A stretch of 64,000 nucleotides of DNA from Candidatus Uhrbacteria bacterium (GCA_016206155.1 JACQSC010000001.1:5105-69104); one strand, 5' to 3'. Positions 26,610 through 37,804 are shown, counted from the stretch's first letter. The notes: generated from the sequence alone by a model not told the origin. Made by a program: numbers and translations.

Positions 26610-29600
26610 ATGACAAGAAAAGCGCATGCGTTCGTCTCAAAGGTCCTGTATCCGATAACGATTGCGTCAATGGTTCTGTGGTCCTTGGGTCCGGCGGCGT
26701 TTCCGGTGCCGGCATACGCGGCAATCACCAGAAACGAGGCTGTAGCGCTTGCGACAGGCGCTCAGAGCCTCGGTGTGTCAAGCAGCCCTACGGCGGTTTT
26801 TGGCTTGAACCTTAATATAAGCGCCGGAGAGACATTTTCCCGCGCGCGGGTGGTTATTGATCCAAGCAATAGTTTTGATCCATCAGGAGACCTGGCGGCG
26901 ATTGCGCCCGGCGCCACATCTGGCATTGAGCTATATGACGACGCCGGTGCGACAAGCGGATCATTTGATGCGACCGATCAGGCAATTATCAGCAATAATT
27001 CCATTATTCAGAATCCGCGATTTTCAAAATTAGCGCTTGGCGCCAATATTCTGACACTTGATCCAAACGTTGACACCACCCTTCCCTATATGCAGGGACA
27101 GCTGGTTTTTGCAAACGTGACGGCAAATGCGGCTTCAACAGGGGCTTATGCGTGGCACATCGTGACGGCGAACGGAACGGGAACCGGGGCGGGAACGACA
27201 TTGCGCCTTGACGGGAACACAACCGCCGCGCCGACCTTTTTGGCAAGCTCCCGTCTATCCATGATTGATACGCCTGCGTTTGGGAGCGGTTCGTTTACCA
27301 TTAATGGAACGTCAAACACAACCACCTATGCCTCAACGGCCGCAACCGCGTCGCTTGGTGATATCATTTATTATCAGACAGGTACAACGGCCGGACGCTG
27401 GGGGGTCGTAACTACGAATTTTAATGTAACGGCAGCTTCGGTGAACGGCGCAAATCTTGCGAATGGTACGTACAAAATAGCAAAATTTCCGAGCATTACA
27501 GGTTCATTTGTCGTTCCTGCAAGCGGCAGTTTCACGCCGACTGGTGCATACGGAACGACGACAACGCCCGTTGTCGGTGATCTTGTTCTTTTCCAGCAGG
27601 GAACAGGCGATGCGCGATGGGGCATGGTTACAAACAATACGTTGTCGGGGGGTTCATTTGCCATTAACGGTATGACGCTTGCGGCAGGAACCTATCGGAT
27701 TAGCACCCTTGATACAAGCGGGGGAAACCAAATGGGATTCCAAACCGCGCTCATGAACAACACCTCAATGTCAATGGCGTTGGGCGAACTTTCATTCGTT
27801 TTGACAACACAGAATCCTGCAGCGACTGATTATGGCTGGCACATTACAACTACGGGAGCAACGGGTGTGAGTGGCGCCGGCGCAGGAACGTTGCGGCTTG
27901 ACAATGCAACAGCTGCTCCAACATACGGATGGACCGCATCACTTGTGCCAGATATCGCACAAGCAGTTGCCGCAGATGAGCTCGGCGCGAACGAAGGAAA
28001 TGATTACTTTGTCGCAATCCGAACATCTGCCGGCGCGCAAAATGGACGGGCAGTTCGATTTATCATGAATCCTGGTGATATTGTGTTCAGCGCAAACACG
28101 CCCACCACAACGCCAACGCTTGTTTCCTCGCCGACCTATACTGTCTCGACAACCGCCCAGCAGTCGCAGTCGGCAGGGGCTAACACTACGGTCATGGACA
28201 TGACCAACGGATTTTTGCGACTGAAACAAAGCAGTAATTTTAAGGCAGTTGCGCGTGTTCAGTTTGGCAGTACCGATGCAGCAAAAACCCTGACATCCAT
28301 TGCGATTTCTTTTGCCACTGCAAACAGCACAACGCCGACGTGGACCGCAAGCGCGGCAACATCATCTGAACTCCTTGATCTTGCCGCAACCGGTGGAGGT
28401 ATTTCACTGTGGAAAGACGGCGGATCGCCCGGATTCGGTTTGAATGGCGCAGGCGATACGCAAGTGACACTTGCGGCAAGCCCGGTATATGGCGCAAGCA
28501 ATGCCTTTACCATTACTCCTGCAACAGCGCCGACCATCGCGTCGGATGATGTGTACTTTATCGTACTGAAATCCGATACGTCCGGTGTGACAAACAATAA
28601 TGCGTTTACCGTGAACATGGCAACAAACGCAATTACTACAAGCGGTACATCGCCGACAATCGGCGTATTCTCAACACCGCCGATTGCCATGGATACCACC
28701 GCGCCGACGATTGCAAGCGTATCTGACGTTCCCGGACAATCAACGAAGTTGAGCGTTCGATTCAGCGAGCCGGTGCAGAAAATTAACGCGGCCGGAGCAC
28801 TCACAACAACTGATTTGACCTATACAAATGACGCAACAGACGGATCAGGACGGACCGTGAGCTCGATTTCCCATAATCCGGGCGCGGATATTGCTGAACT
28901 CACCATGAGCGGCGCGCTTGTGGCCGGCGATTTTGACGGAACGCCGTCATCTCTTGCCGCCGGAACAAGTAAGATTGAGGATATGGCGGGCAATGTCATG
29001 GGAACAACAGCGCGCAATCTTGGCAGTCCCCTGATCATTACAACCTCGGTTATTCCTGCGACGTATGTCGGATCGGTCTATGACGCCACAACGCCGCTTG
29101 TCACATTTGCGGCATCCGGCGGAACAGGAGCAAAGACATTTTCAGGAAATACGCAAGCAGATACAGACGCGCTTGTCGCGCTTCTTGGCGCAAGTCCCCT
29201 TGCCGGGGCTACGGGAAAGCTCACGGGTACGGTTCAGCAAAATACCGCAGGAACCAGGAATGTGACGATAAAGGTGACCGATGGCGTAGCCGCAACAGCA
29301 ACAAAACAATTTACGATTAATGTCGCTGCAACGCAAGGAGGCGATGTTCCAGGATTGACAAATGTCACGCCGCCGTCAGGCTCGCAGGGCGCTACAAACC
29401 TATCAGTCGCCATCACCGGCACGAACACAAGCTTTACCAGCGCCAGCGCGGTTGCCTTTCTATTGAATGGAACGGCCGACACCAATATTACAGTCGGAAC
29501 AGTTACCGCAAATAGCGCAACATCCATAACGGTTCCCGTTACAATTGCGGCGGGCGCGGCAACCGGCAGTCGTGATGTGCGCGTGACAACCGGCAATCAA

Positions 29601-32600
29601 GTAGTCATTATGCCAAGCGGATTTAATGTCACCGGCGCGGTCGCGGCAGGGCTCAACCTTGTGTTCCCGACTGATTCGGCAACAGGCATTCAACTGCCCC
29701 AGCCGGGATTTAATTTTAATCCATCAACAAATACCACATTCACTCATTATCGCATTGTATTGAGCGCAACTCAGGATTTTGCAACGGCGCTGTGGAACTA
29801 TGTTTTTCCAAAGCCGGATACGCTTGGCACGAACGGAAGCCATTGCAGTGCGACATCGTGTAATGTGAACTATTCAGCGGGAAATTTTCTCACAATCACT
29901 CCCGCTTCGACGCTCACATCAAATACAACCTACTACTGGAAAGTTGAAACCTATCAGGATCCAACACCGACAACGCAGTTCGCGTCTACGGATGTCATTG
30001 AGCTGAACAGGCGGGAAAACACGCCGGTGCGAAGTTTTACAACCTCGGCTTCTGTGACGGATGTTCAGCCGCCGCAAATAGAACATCGTCCAATTGTTCA
30101 GGCGCGCGCAAACGCGGTAGCTACCGTGTACGCGCGTGTACTAGACAATGTTGCAAACGCGAACACAACGCCTGCCCTTGCCACAACATTGTCTGCCTGT
30201 GCCGGTACCGGATGCACGCCTTCGACATCAACACTGCCAAGCGCAAGCGCGACTGATGGCGTTGTCGCCGGAACGCTTGCGCAGAACGGATACTATAGTT
30301 ATGTTCTTCCCTCCGCGTTTATTACCGCGACTGTCGGAACGGTTGTGCGGTATTATATCACCGCTTCTGACGGTACCAATACGAGCAATTTTTATCAGTC
30401 GGGCGGGACAACGCCGTTTCAGTTCACAACTACGGCGGCTATCGCAACCAGCGGTGTCACGATTACCGGTACGGTAAAAGATACCAGCGATACGTGCGCC
30501 ACCGGCGTGCAGGGCGCGCTTGTGTTTGCCGAAGGGAGCGGGTTCAGCGCGACAACAGGCGCGGACTGCGCCTACACACTGGGTGCGGCAAATAACGGAT
30601 TGGCCGTAGGATTCCCATATGATCTTGTTGTCGCGAGGGATGGATACTCAACCCAGCGGAGAGATGCCGTTTTGGCAGGGTCAACAAGCGTTGCGGTCCA
30701 ACTGGGGCAGGGCGCTACCGGCGGTTTTGGTGGAGATACCACACGGCCCCGTGTACTGCGCTCAATGCCCGGTGACAAGATGCAGAATATGCCAGGAAAT
30801 GATTCAAACATGAGGATTTTGGTTGTGTTTGATAAACCAATGAGCCAGTCGTCGGTATTGACAAACGGCAACATGGTGGTCAATTCCGTGAATGTTCAGA
30901 CAGGGGTTCTTACAAACATTACCCCAAACGGATCATGGGCATATTACTCAACCTATACCATGCCGTTTGGCGGGACAGAATCAAATGTCGCGGTATGGTC
31001 GTTTACCGGCACAAATACATTCGGTGACAACAAGACCATTGCCGTAAAAGTGACGCCGAGTGTTACTGATTCATCAGGGAATGCAGTGCAGGGGAACCTT
31101 ACTGACGGGAGTTATTCGTTTTCGTTCACAACCGGATCAACCGCAACATCCGTTGGTTTTAACACGGCAACCGGAACGTTTGCCGATGGCGGAGTGTTCG
31201 GTCAGGGTCAAAATATCGCGCCGCACGTGACGACCACTGCGCCGTCCATGGGTTCGCCAAGCGTACCGCGCAATACGAAAATCATGATTAATTTCGACAC
31301 CTCAATGGCCGATGATGCCGCTGGTACGTATACGCTTGCAAGCGCGGTGAAGCTGTTTGAGGTGTCCTCGGCAGGCGCCGAAACAGACGTCACATCATCG
31401 GCAATAAACGCCGTCACGCTTACATCTGATAAAATGGCCGCAACTGTTACACTGAAAACAACCTATCCAAGCGCTTGCACAGGCGCGTCCTGTGGCGTGT
31501 TTAAGGCAACCACCCGTTATCGCCTGAAGGTGCTTGGGTCGGCAAAAGCCGCAAATGGCATGACCATGCGCGCCCCGGGACAGGAAACGCAAGTGGCGTT
31601 TATGAGCGACTTTACAACATCCGCGTCATCCGACACGGTCGCGCCAACTATTGTCGGATCTGATCCGACGACGAACGCGACCGACGTTCCCTCGATGCTC
31701 GGGTCTGTGAGCGTGTCATTTGATAAGGATATGGATTCCTCATCGCTTACGACTTCAACGATGACTCTGACGACCGGCTCAACAGCGGTTACTGGAACGG
31801 TTGATTATCGACCGATGGAGCGAACCGCGTATTTTATTCCTTCGCGCGTTTTGACGCCGACAACGCAATACACGCTCACTCTCACTGCGGGGGTTCGAGG
31901 AATCAATGGCACGGCAATTGCGGCGGCAACGCGCGCGTTCACAACCGGATCTGCCGACACGTCCGCGCCTACTGTCACATCACTGACCGCGGATGACACA
32001 AACATCTCAATATCATTCAGCAAACCGATGAACTCATCGCCGGCAACCGATACGACAAACTTTACGTCAAGCGTATTGCGTGTTGCCAGCTACACGGTGA
32101 AATACGGAACAGCAGGGTTCAACGCGGCAACTGCGGGTACAACGCTTACACTTCCAGCAACAGCACAGATTAGCTATGACGGGAAGAACAATTCTGTGAT
32201 GATTTCAGGATACCGCCCGACGAGTACCACTGCGGCACAAGTTCAGGGACAACAATTATATGTTGCGGTTGCAAACGCAAAGGACATCGGCGGCAACGCG
32301 ATTAGCACATCAGGGACTGCTCCGGATACGGCAAATACCAGCCGCGCAACCGTGCAGAATAGCGCGACGACCCAAGGGCAACTTGGGCCGATGACCATTA
32401 CCAATGACATGATGAAGGCGGTTGGTGATTTCAAGCCAATCACATTTTCCTCCGCAACATTCGGATTTGCGCCGCAAACAGAAGTACGACCGTTCAATAT
32501 GATGACCGGCACCACCACAATTTACGGCGTGCATTTGTCTCTCTCACGGCAAATACCGGATGGAGGCGCCATCGTGCTTACCTTCCCGCAAGGGTTTAAT

Positions 32601-35600
32601 GTATCCGGCGCAAAACAGGATATCAACTCTCCGAAACGCCGCGACATAAACGGGCCTGGCACAGGCACGGTCACGTTCAAGTGTCAGACGAACGTCGCGG
32701 GAATGTCGGCGAAATCCTGCGGAGGCGGCGCGGCAAATGCAGATGATACCGGAACCGCGCAAGGCGGCCTTGCCGATGACGGTGTGGTGGTAAACGCCAA
32801 CGCGCGAACCATTACCATTTATGTGAGCGGGGCAACCAATAGCGAAGGACATGATGTTCTTGATTTTGACATCGCGGGCATCGTTAACTCAACCGTTCCA
32901 AAGGACTTCAACACGACCGGCTATACCGTCAGCATCGCGACAAAGAACGGTACGACAAATCTTGAAACACTGAGCTCCGTGCCATTTTTTATCCAGTCGG
33001 CAGGGACTACCACCTATACGCTCACCGGAACGATTACGGCGACAAACAACGATCAAAACGGGACAATATCGGTATTCCTTGACTCGCCGATGACCGGCCC
33101 GCTTGAGGCAACGTCCGCGGATTTTGCCGGCGGGCAAACAGCAACATATTCATTTACCAATCTTCCGCCCGGTGATTATGGATTGAGAACAGAACCGTAC
33201 GTAAAGATTAATGATACGACTGAATTCCTTGGGAAATTTCCTGAGCGTGTGATGATGAGCGCAAACACCGTGCGCAATTTTACGCTCTCAAGCGCAACTG
33301 CCGCAGGCACCGGAACCTCCGTGACCGTTTCCGTAGACGGACCCTCAAGCGAACCCATTGATATTTTCGCAAATGGCCCGGCCGGATTCCGCGTAATGCA
33401 AAAGACGCTTGATACCAATGCCGGCGCTGAAAACTTTACGATTCGCCTGTCAAATGGCGATTGGTTCCTTGGCGTCGGACCGCAAATGCCAAAAGGACAG
33501 ATGTCTGGCCCGCCGCCTTCGCCGAGCTATCTCCCGCCGCGGCCGGTCAATATCCGTATTAACGGCGGTGTATGTACCATTGAGGGAACTGAGACGTGCA
33601 CCAAGGCATTCACGTTGACCGCATCAACAAAACAAATACGTGGCGTTGTAAAGGATCTTGCGAATAAAGTTATTGCAAACGCGGAAGTGTATGCGTATTC
33701 TCCCGCGGGAGCATCAATGGGAAACTTCGCGAAAACAGATACGACAGGAACGTTCATCCTGAACATCACCGAAGGCGTATTTAATGTCGGCGCCATGATT
33801 CAGGGTATGCCGCCTTCAAAAGAAGTGCCGGTTGAGGTAACAAGCCACACTACGACCTATCTCAAGATAGACGGAGCCCAAGCAGCGATTAGGCCTGACG
33901 CGGCCGCGACGGCGTTCGTGTTGAAACTCGCAAAGCCTGATTATACGATTTCGGGAAAAGTGACTGACGGAACAAATGTCATCAATGGAGCGTCAGTGTA
34001 TGCGTATAAGCAGGGGGCGCCGGGACACGCAACGGCTCCGACAGATAGCTCCGGCAATTATTCACTCTTCGTGTCAACGGGTACATGGAAGGTCGGGGTC
34101 TTTTTGCCGAAATACGGAAATCTTACGGAACAGACCGTCACAGTCACAACGGCAAATGCGACTGACATCAATTTCTCACCAACAGGAACCGGAACATTCT
34201 ATGCCGTGTCAGGAACCGTGACTGTTGGCGGCGTTGCCCGAGAGGGGGCGCAGGTGCGTATTAAGAACAGCGGCTATTTTAATGACACACGTACCGATTC
34301 ACTTGGCGCGTACAGTTTTAATGTGCCGCAAGGGACAGGATACATTGTTGACGGATTTGTGCCGGGTGTAGGAGAGCTCGCGCCATTGACGGCATTTGAT
34401 GTTTCAGCAGCAGTTGAGAACAAAAACCTTACGGTCGCGACGTTGCGCACCATCACCATGACATTCTCCTCATCGGTGGCAAATGCGTTTGTTGAACTTC
34501 GCTCAACAACAGGATCAAACATTAGAAAGCAGATAAAGAATTCGACAACCGGAACGCTGTCCGCGCCTGACGGGAGCTATATCGTGAATGTCGATCTTCA
34601 GGGCGCGCCGATTCCGTTTACAGCCGTTGCCGCAACTGACGGAAATACAACATACGCAAGCGCAACGGGCGTTGTGACGGTGAATGGCGATGAGGGCCTT
34701 ACGGTTACAGTTCCCACCCTTCGAGCGCTTACCATTACTGTTCAAGATGGATCAAGTGTGGCACTGGCAGATGCATGGGTTGAACTTATGAATCCGACCA
34801 GCGGTGAACATTTCGGAAGCAAAACAGGAACAAATGGTCAGGCAACACTGCGCGCGGCTGACGGCACATACTTTATTAATGCAATGAAACCGGGGTATTA
34901 CCGTGCGCCGACATCGCTTACGGTGAGCGCGAACGCAGCCCAGACACTTACGCTTACGGCAGCGACACGAACCATAGCAGGAACCGTATATATCGGATCA
35001 ACGGGTGCCGCGAATTCGTTTGTACGCGCCGAAAAGCAGGGTGGCGGGTTTGGCGGAGCAATGACAGACGCAAACGGACAGTATACGCTCTCTGTGGCAG
35101 AAGGAATATGGAGAGTATTCGCAAAAGCTGAAGGATATGCGGAAGCGGAACTGAGCGCCACCGTTGATACAACAACCGCATCGGCGACCGGCAAAGATAT
35201 TACCCTTACTACAACCGTTACGGTGTCAGCGCCTAAGTCAAAGCCGATGACGCCGTCAACCGGCGGCAGTATTGAAGATACATCAGCAGGCATTAAAGTG
35301 AATGTGCCGGCAAACGCGCTTGGCAGTTCATCGTCAGCCGGAAACATGCAGGTAAAGAAAACAACGAACTTTACCAAAACAGAAACCGCGCGACCGGTCG
35401 CGGCAGTAGAGATTAGCGCGACTGACGCAAATGGCACGCCGATCAAAACATTGACAGAAAGCGTAACAGTTGAATTGAGTTACACAAAAGCAGAACTCGC
35501 GACAACAGCATCCTCTTCAGATACATCCATTAATACAAAGTCAGAAATTGAAAAACTCGATGTTGGGTTCTGGGATGAATCGGTATCAAACTGGACGACC

Positions 35601-37775
35601 TTGCCAACTACGACTACATATGTGGATTCAGCCGGTGCGGTTGTTACAAGTCCGTCAGAAGATCTTTCAAATGTCGCAAGTGTGAAATTAAGCGCGCTTA
35701 CCGATCACTTCTCCTTGTTCGCGCCGGTAGTCCCGACCGATCCGTCAGCGCCATCAACGCCAACAAACTTCGCGACAGGCACGGCGACAACAACAACGAT
35801 TGTCCTTGGGTGGTCCGTCGTATCCGGCGCGACCGGCTATAACATCTACCGGAGCACAAGCTCGACAGGAACATTTAGCCGCCTTGGTTCAGAGCCAACG
35901 GTTTCTAGCGGTTCGACTGGCACGTATACTGACAGCGGACTGTCCGCGAGTCAAACGTTCTACTACAAGATTTCTGCGTTGAACAATAACGGCGAATCTG
36001 CCGCGTCTAGCGCCCTGTCCGCAACATCAGCCGCCACAACGTCATCGAGTACAAGCTCTGGGGGTGTTGTCTCAAGTTCGAGCTCTTCCTCACAAACGAC
36101 AACCACCACCACGACAGCAACAGCCATTACCGCAACAAATGTCTCTGTTACCAACACAAACACGGTTGCCGTGGTGACAAAGGGCATAACAGCAAGCACA
36201 CTGGGTGTTTCGGCGATTAACGCGGCCAACCTTGAGGTAAAGCAAACCGGAGCGGCAACAACGGCAACAACGGAAAAGAAGGATGTCGCGGCGCAGCAGC
36301 TCAAGGACATGAAGAGCGTTGATGCGACCGAGAAAAAAGCTCAAGATGCTTTGGCAACTCTCGAGAGTATGGTCACAAAAGGTACGGTCGCCCCTCTCGC
36401 GCTTTCGCAGAACGTGACACGCTATGAGGTAAAAGAGAAGACAACCGGAAAGACCGCCTCGGTTACGCGCGTCGAACAACTGTTTGCGCCGACAAAGGAC
36501 ACCAAAGATGTTACGATTGTGATGACGGTTCCAAAGTCAGTGGCAGAGCGCGCTTCATTGCTTACGTTCACGGGTGTTCAGCCGGAAGTTTTGCAGGATG
36601 ATCCCATCCTTCGCTGGACCTTTGCTGAAGTAAAGGCAGGAGAAACAAAGGATTTGTCCTATCAGGCAAACAAAAATCTTGAGAAGCTTGAAGTAAAGAA
36701 TGTCGCCGTCGCCGCAGTGCCAGCATTCGTAGAGATGGCATGGGGCTTCAAGGATGGCAAATTCCAACTGATGCCAAAGACCGAAGCCGATGCCTTGCAT
36801 GCAGCGGCTGAAGCATCCGCCGCCGCTAAAGCTCCGGCGAGAGAAGAGAAGAAAGCTGAAGTTTCCCTTGAGAAAAAAGCCGCAGCCATGCCGGCAAAAG
36901 CGGCAGCGAAGCCGCTGGTAGCGGTAAAAGCACTGCCACATCTTTCGGCGAAGGCGGCAAAAGTTGTGACCAACGTACTAAAGCGCAGCGCTATCATTCT
37001 TCTGCCTGAGGCAAAGGGAGCGGCCTATTATCTCGACCCAAAGACGCAAAAACGGGCATCCCTCGGCCGTCCTGCAGAGGCATTTGAGGTGATGCGTTCG
37101 TTCGGAATCGGTATCACAAATAATGACCTTGAAAAGATTCCGGAAAGCACCAAAGAGGGCGATACGGCATTCGCCTGTAAGCACGCCGGTAAGATTTTCT
37201 TGCAAGTCCAGGCAAAAGGCGAGGCATGGTATGTGCATCCCGAGAATTGCAAGCGCTACTTCCTCAATCGTCCGGCCGATGCCTTTAATCTCATGCGCAA
37301 GCTTGCGCTTGGTGTCTCCAATGCGGACGCAGACGCGATTCCGACAAGCGAGAAGTCAAAACCGGTAACGCCTGCTACACCGGCGCAACCCGCACAGCCA
37401 AAAGAAGATCCAAAGAAGGCATCAGACAAACTTTCGCCCCTCGCGCGTCCATTGTATAGCGGCATGAAAGGGGATGATGTCAAAACGCTTCAGACCATTC
37501 TTACGCAGAAGGGATACTATACCGGTACAGTTTCTGGCACTATGGACGAGGCAACTTTTACAGCGGTGCGCCAGATGCAGTTAAAAGAGGGTCTGGTGAA
37601 GAGTGTGGCTACTCCCGGGTATGGCACCGTCGGTCCAGCAACTCGCGCATTTGTCAACAAGCTCTTACAAGTGGAGCCCGAACCGAAAAAGGAAACAACT
37701 CCAGCTGCGCCGAAGCAAAGCGAAGGCGAGGGTGAAAGCGCGCTTGATAAGCTCAAGCGACTTATGAAACAGTAA
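26610..37775 (+). CDS. giant (~3.7 k aa) secreted cell-surface protein with Ig-like/SbsA-like, carboxypeptidase-regulatory-like and FN3 domains, a Ser/Thr linker, two GEAWY repeats and a C-terminal PG_binding_1 domain
   Basis: Signal peptide MTRKAHAFVSKVLYPITIASMVLWSLGPAAFPVPAYA; repeated ..APTI.S..P..GATDV blocks; four GxV.D...A..GA.V-type beta-sandwich repeats; FN3 motif (W..V.GATGYNIYRS); C-terminal LYSGMKGDDVKTLQTILTQKGYY..DEATFTAVRQMQ. Start taken at the third in-frame ATG; the annotated 5' end overlaps a hairpin. Confidence 0.85.
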   Translation: MTRKAHAFVSKVLYPITIASMVLWSLGPAAFPVPAYAAITRNEAVALATGAQSLGVSSSPTAVFGLNLNISAGETFSRARVVIDPSNSFDPSGDLAAIAPGATSGIELYDDAGATSGSFDATDQAIISNNSIIQNPRFSKLALGANILTLDPNVDTTLPYMQGQLVFANVTANAASTGAYAWHIVTANGTGTGAGTTLRLDGNTTAAPTFLASSRLSMIDTPAFGSGSFTINGTSNTTTYASTAATASLGDIIYYQTGTTAGRWGVVTTNFNVTAASVNGANLANGTYKIAKFPSITGSFVVPASGSFTPTGAYGTTTTPVVGDLVLFQQGTGDARWGMVTNNTLSGGSFAINGMTLAAGTYRISTLDTSGGNQMGFQTALMNNTSMSMALGELSFVLTTQNPAATDYGWHITTTGATGVSGAGAGTLRLDNATAAPTYGWTASLVPDIAQAVAADELGANEGNDYFVAIRTSAGAQNGRAVRFIMNPGDIVFSANTPTTTPTLVSSPTYTVSTTAQQSQSAGANTTVMDMTNGFLRLKQSSNFKAVARVQFGSTDAAKTLTSIAISFATANSTTPTWTASAATSSELLDLAATGGGISLWKDGGSPGFGLNGAGDTQVTLAASPVYGASNAFTITPATAPTIASDDVYFIVLKSDTSGVTNNNAFTVNMATNAITTSGTSPTIGVFSTPPIAMDTTAPTIASVSDVPGQSTKLSVRFSEPVQKINAAGALTTTDLTYTNDATDGSGRTVSSISHNPGADIAELTMSGALVAGDFDGTPSSLAAGTSKIEDMAGNVMGTTARNLGSPLIITTSVIPATYVGSVYDATTPLVTFAASGGTGAKTFSGNTQADTDALVALLGASPLAGATGKLTGTVQQNTAGTRNVTIKVTDGVAATATKQFTINVAATQGGDVPGLTNVTPPSGSQGATNLSVAITGTNTSFTSASAVAFLLNGTADTNITVGTVTANSATSITVPVTIAAGAATGSRDVRVTTGNQVVIMPSGFNVTGAVAAGLNLVFPTDSATGIQLPQPGFNFNPSTNTTFTHYRIVLSATQDFATALWNYVFPKPDTLGTNGSHCSATSCNVNYSAGNFLTITPASTLTSNTTYYWKVETYQDPTPTTQFASTDVIELNRRENTPVRSFTTSASVTDVQPPQIEHRPIVQARANAVATVYARVLDNVANANTTPALATTLSACAGTGCTPSTSTLPSASATDGVVAGTLAQNGYYSYVLPSAFITATVGTVVRYYITASDGTNTSNFYQSGGTTPFQFTTTAAIATSGVTITGTVKDTSDTCATGVQGALVFAEGSGFSATTGADCAYTLGAANNGLAVGFPYDLVVARDGYSTQRRDAVLAGSTSVAVQLGQGATGGFGGDTTRPRVLRSMPGDKMQNMPGNDSNMRILVVFDKPMSQSSVLTNGNMVVNSVNVQTGVLTNITPNGSWAYYSTYTMPFGGTESNVAVWSFTGTNTFGDNKTIAVKVTPSVTDSSGNAVQGNLTDGSYSFSFTTGSTATSVGFNTATGTFADGGVFGQGQNIAPHVTTTAPSMGSPSVPRNTKIMINFDTSMADDAAGTYTLASAVKLFEVSSAGAETDVTSSAINAVTLTSDKMAATVTLKTTYPSACTGASCGVFKATTRYRLKVLGSAKAANGMTMRAPGQETQVAFMSDFTTSASSDTVAPTIVGSDPTTNATDVPSMLGSVSVSFDKDMDSSSLTTSTMTLTTGSTAVTGTVDYRPMERTAYFIPSRVLTPTTQYTLTLTAGVRGINGTAIAAATRAFTTGSADTSAPTVTSLTADDTNISISFSKPMNSSPATDTTNFTSSVLRVASYTVKYGTAGFNAATAGTTLTLPATAQISYDGKNNSVMISGYRPTSTTAAQVQGQQLYVAVANAKDIGGNAISTSGTAPDTANTSRATVQNSATTQGQLGPMTITNDMMKAVGDFKPITFSSATFGFAPQTEVRPFNMMTGTTTIYGVHLSLSRQIPDGGAIVLTFPQGFNVSGAKQDINSPKRRDINGPGTGTVTFKCQTNVAGMSAKSCGGGAANADDTGTAQGGLADDGVVVNANARTITIYVSGATNSEGHDVLDFDIAGIVNSTVPKDFNTTGYTVSIATKNGTTNLETLSSVPFFIQSAGTTTYTLTGTITATNNDQNGTISVFLDSPMTGPLEATSADFAGGQTATYSFTNLPPGDYGLRTEPYVKINDTTEFLGKFPERVMMSANTVRNFTLSSATAAGTGTSVTVSVDGPSSEPIDIFANGPAGFRVMQKTLDTNAGAENFTIRLSNGDWFLGVGPQMPKGQMSGPPPSPSYLPPRPVNIRINGGVCTIEGTETCTKAFTLTASTKQIRGVVKDLANKVIANAEVYAYSPAGASMGNFAKTDTTGTFILNITEGVFNVGAMIQGMPPSKEVPVEVTSHTTTYLKIDGAQAAIRPDAAATAFVLKLAKPDYTISGKVTDGTNVINGASVYAYKQGAPGHATAPTDSSGNYSLFVSTGTWKVGVFLPKYGNLTEQTVTVTTANATDINFSPTGTGTFYAVSGTVTVGGVAREGAQVRIKNSGYFNDTRTDSLGAYSFNVPQGTGYIVDGFVPGVGELAPLTAFDVSAAVENKNLTVATLRTITMTFSSSVANAFVELRSTTGSNIRKQIKNSTTGTLSAPDGSYIVNVDLQGAPIPFTAVAATDGNTTYASATGVVTVNGDEGLTVTVPTLRALTITVQDGSSVALADAWVELMNPTSGEHFGSKTGTNGQATLRAADGTYFINAMKPGYYRAPTSLTVSANAAQTLTLTAATRTIAGTVYIGSTGAANSFVRAEKQGGGFGGAMTDANGQYTLSVAEGIWRVFAKAEGYAEAELSATVDTTTASATGKDITLTTTVTVSAPKSKPMTPSTGGSIEDTSAGIKVNVPANALGSSSSAGNMQVKKTTNFTKTETARPVAAVEISATDANGTPIKTLTESVTVELSYTKAELATTASSSDTSINTKSEIEKLDVGFWDESVSNWTTLPTTTTYVDSAGAVVTSPSEDLSNVASVKLSALTDHFSLFAPVVPTDPSAPSTPTNFATGTATTTTIVLGWSVVSGATGYNIYRSTSSTGTFSRLGSEPTVSSGSTGTYTDSGLSASQTFYYKISALNNNGESAASSALSATSAATTSSSTSSGGVVSSSSSSSQTTTTTTTATAITATNVSVTNTNTVAVVTKGITASTLGVSAINAANLEVKQTGAATTATTEKKDVAAQQLKDMKSVDATEKKAQDALATLESMVTKGTVAPLALSQNVTRYEVKEKTTGKTASVTRVEQLFAPTKDTKDVTIVMTVPKSVAERASLLTFTGVQPEVLQDDPILRWTFAEVKAGETKDLSYQANKNLEKLEVKNVAVAAVPAFVEMAWGFKDGKFQLMPKTEADALHAAAEASAAAKAPAREEKKAEVSLEKKAAAMPAKAAAKPLVAVKALPHLSAKAAKVVTNVLKRSAIILLPEAKGAAYYLDPKTQKRASLGRPAEAFEVMRSFGIGITNNDLEKIPESTKEGDTAFACKHAGKIFLQVQAKGEAWYVHPENCKRYFLNRPADAFNLMRKLALGVSNADADAIPTSEKSKPVTPATPAQPAQPKEDPKKASDKLSPLARPLYSGMKGDDVKTLQTILTQKGYYTGTVSGTMDEATFTAVRQMQLKEGLVKSVATPGYGTVGPATRAFVNKLLQVEPEPKKETTPAAPKQSEGEGESALDKLKRLMKQ

Positions 37776-37804
37776 ACGCTTCGCACGCGCCGCTCTATTG
37801 GAAC

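Noticed and set aside
26565-37775. Numerous minus-strand ORFs (60-180 aa) overlapping the giant gene, and similar antisense ORFs inside ileS, uvrA, uvrB and the P-type ATPase
   Set aside because: They lie antisense to long ORFs with strong domain-level support and reflect the GC-rich, repetitive codon composition. None has a recognisable motif or start context.
26565-37775. Diversity-generating retroelement targeting the giant surface protein
   Set aside because: No reverse transcriptase ORF (no YxDD-containing RT) and no template/variable repeat pair could be found in the window.
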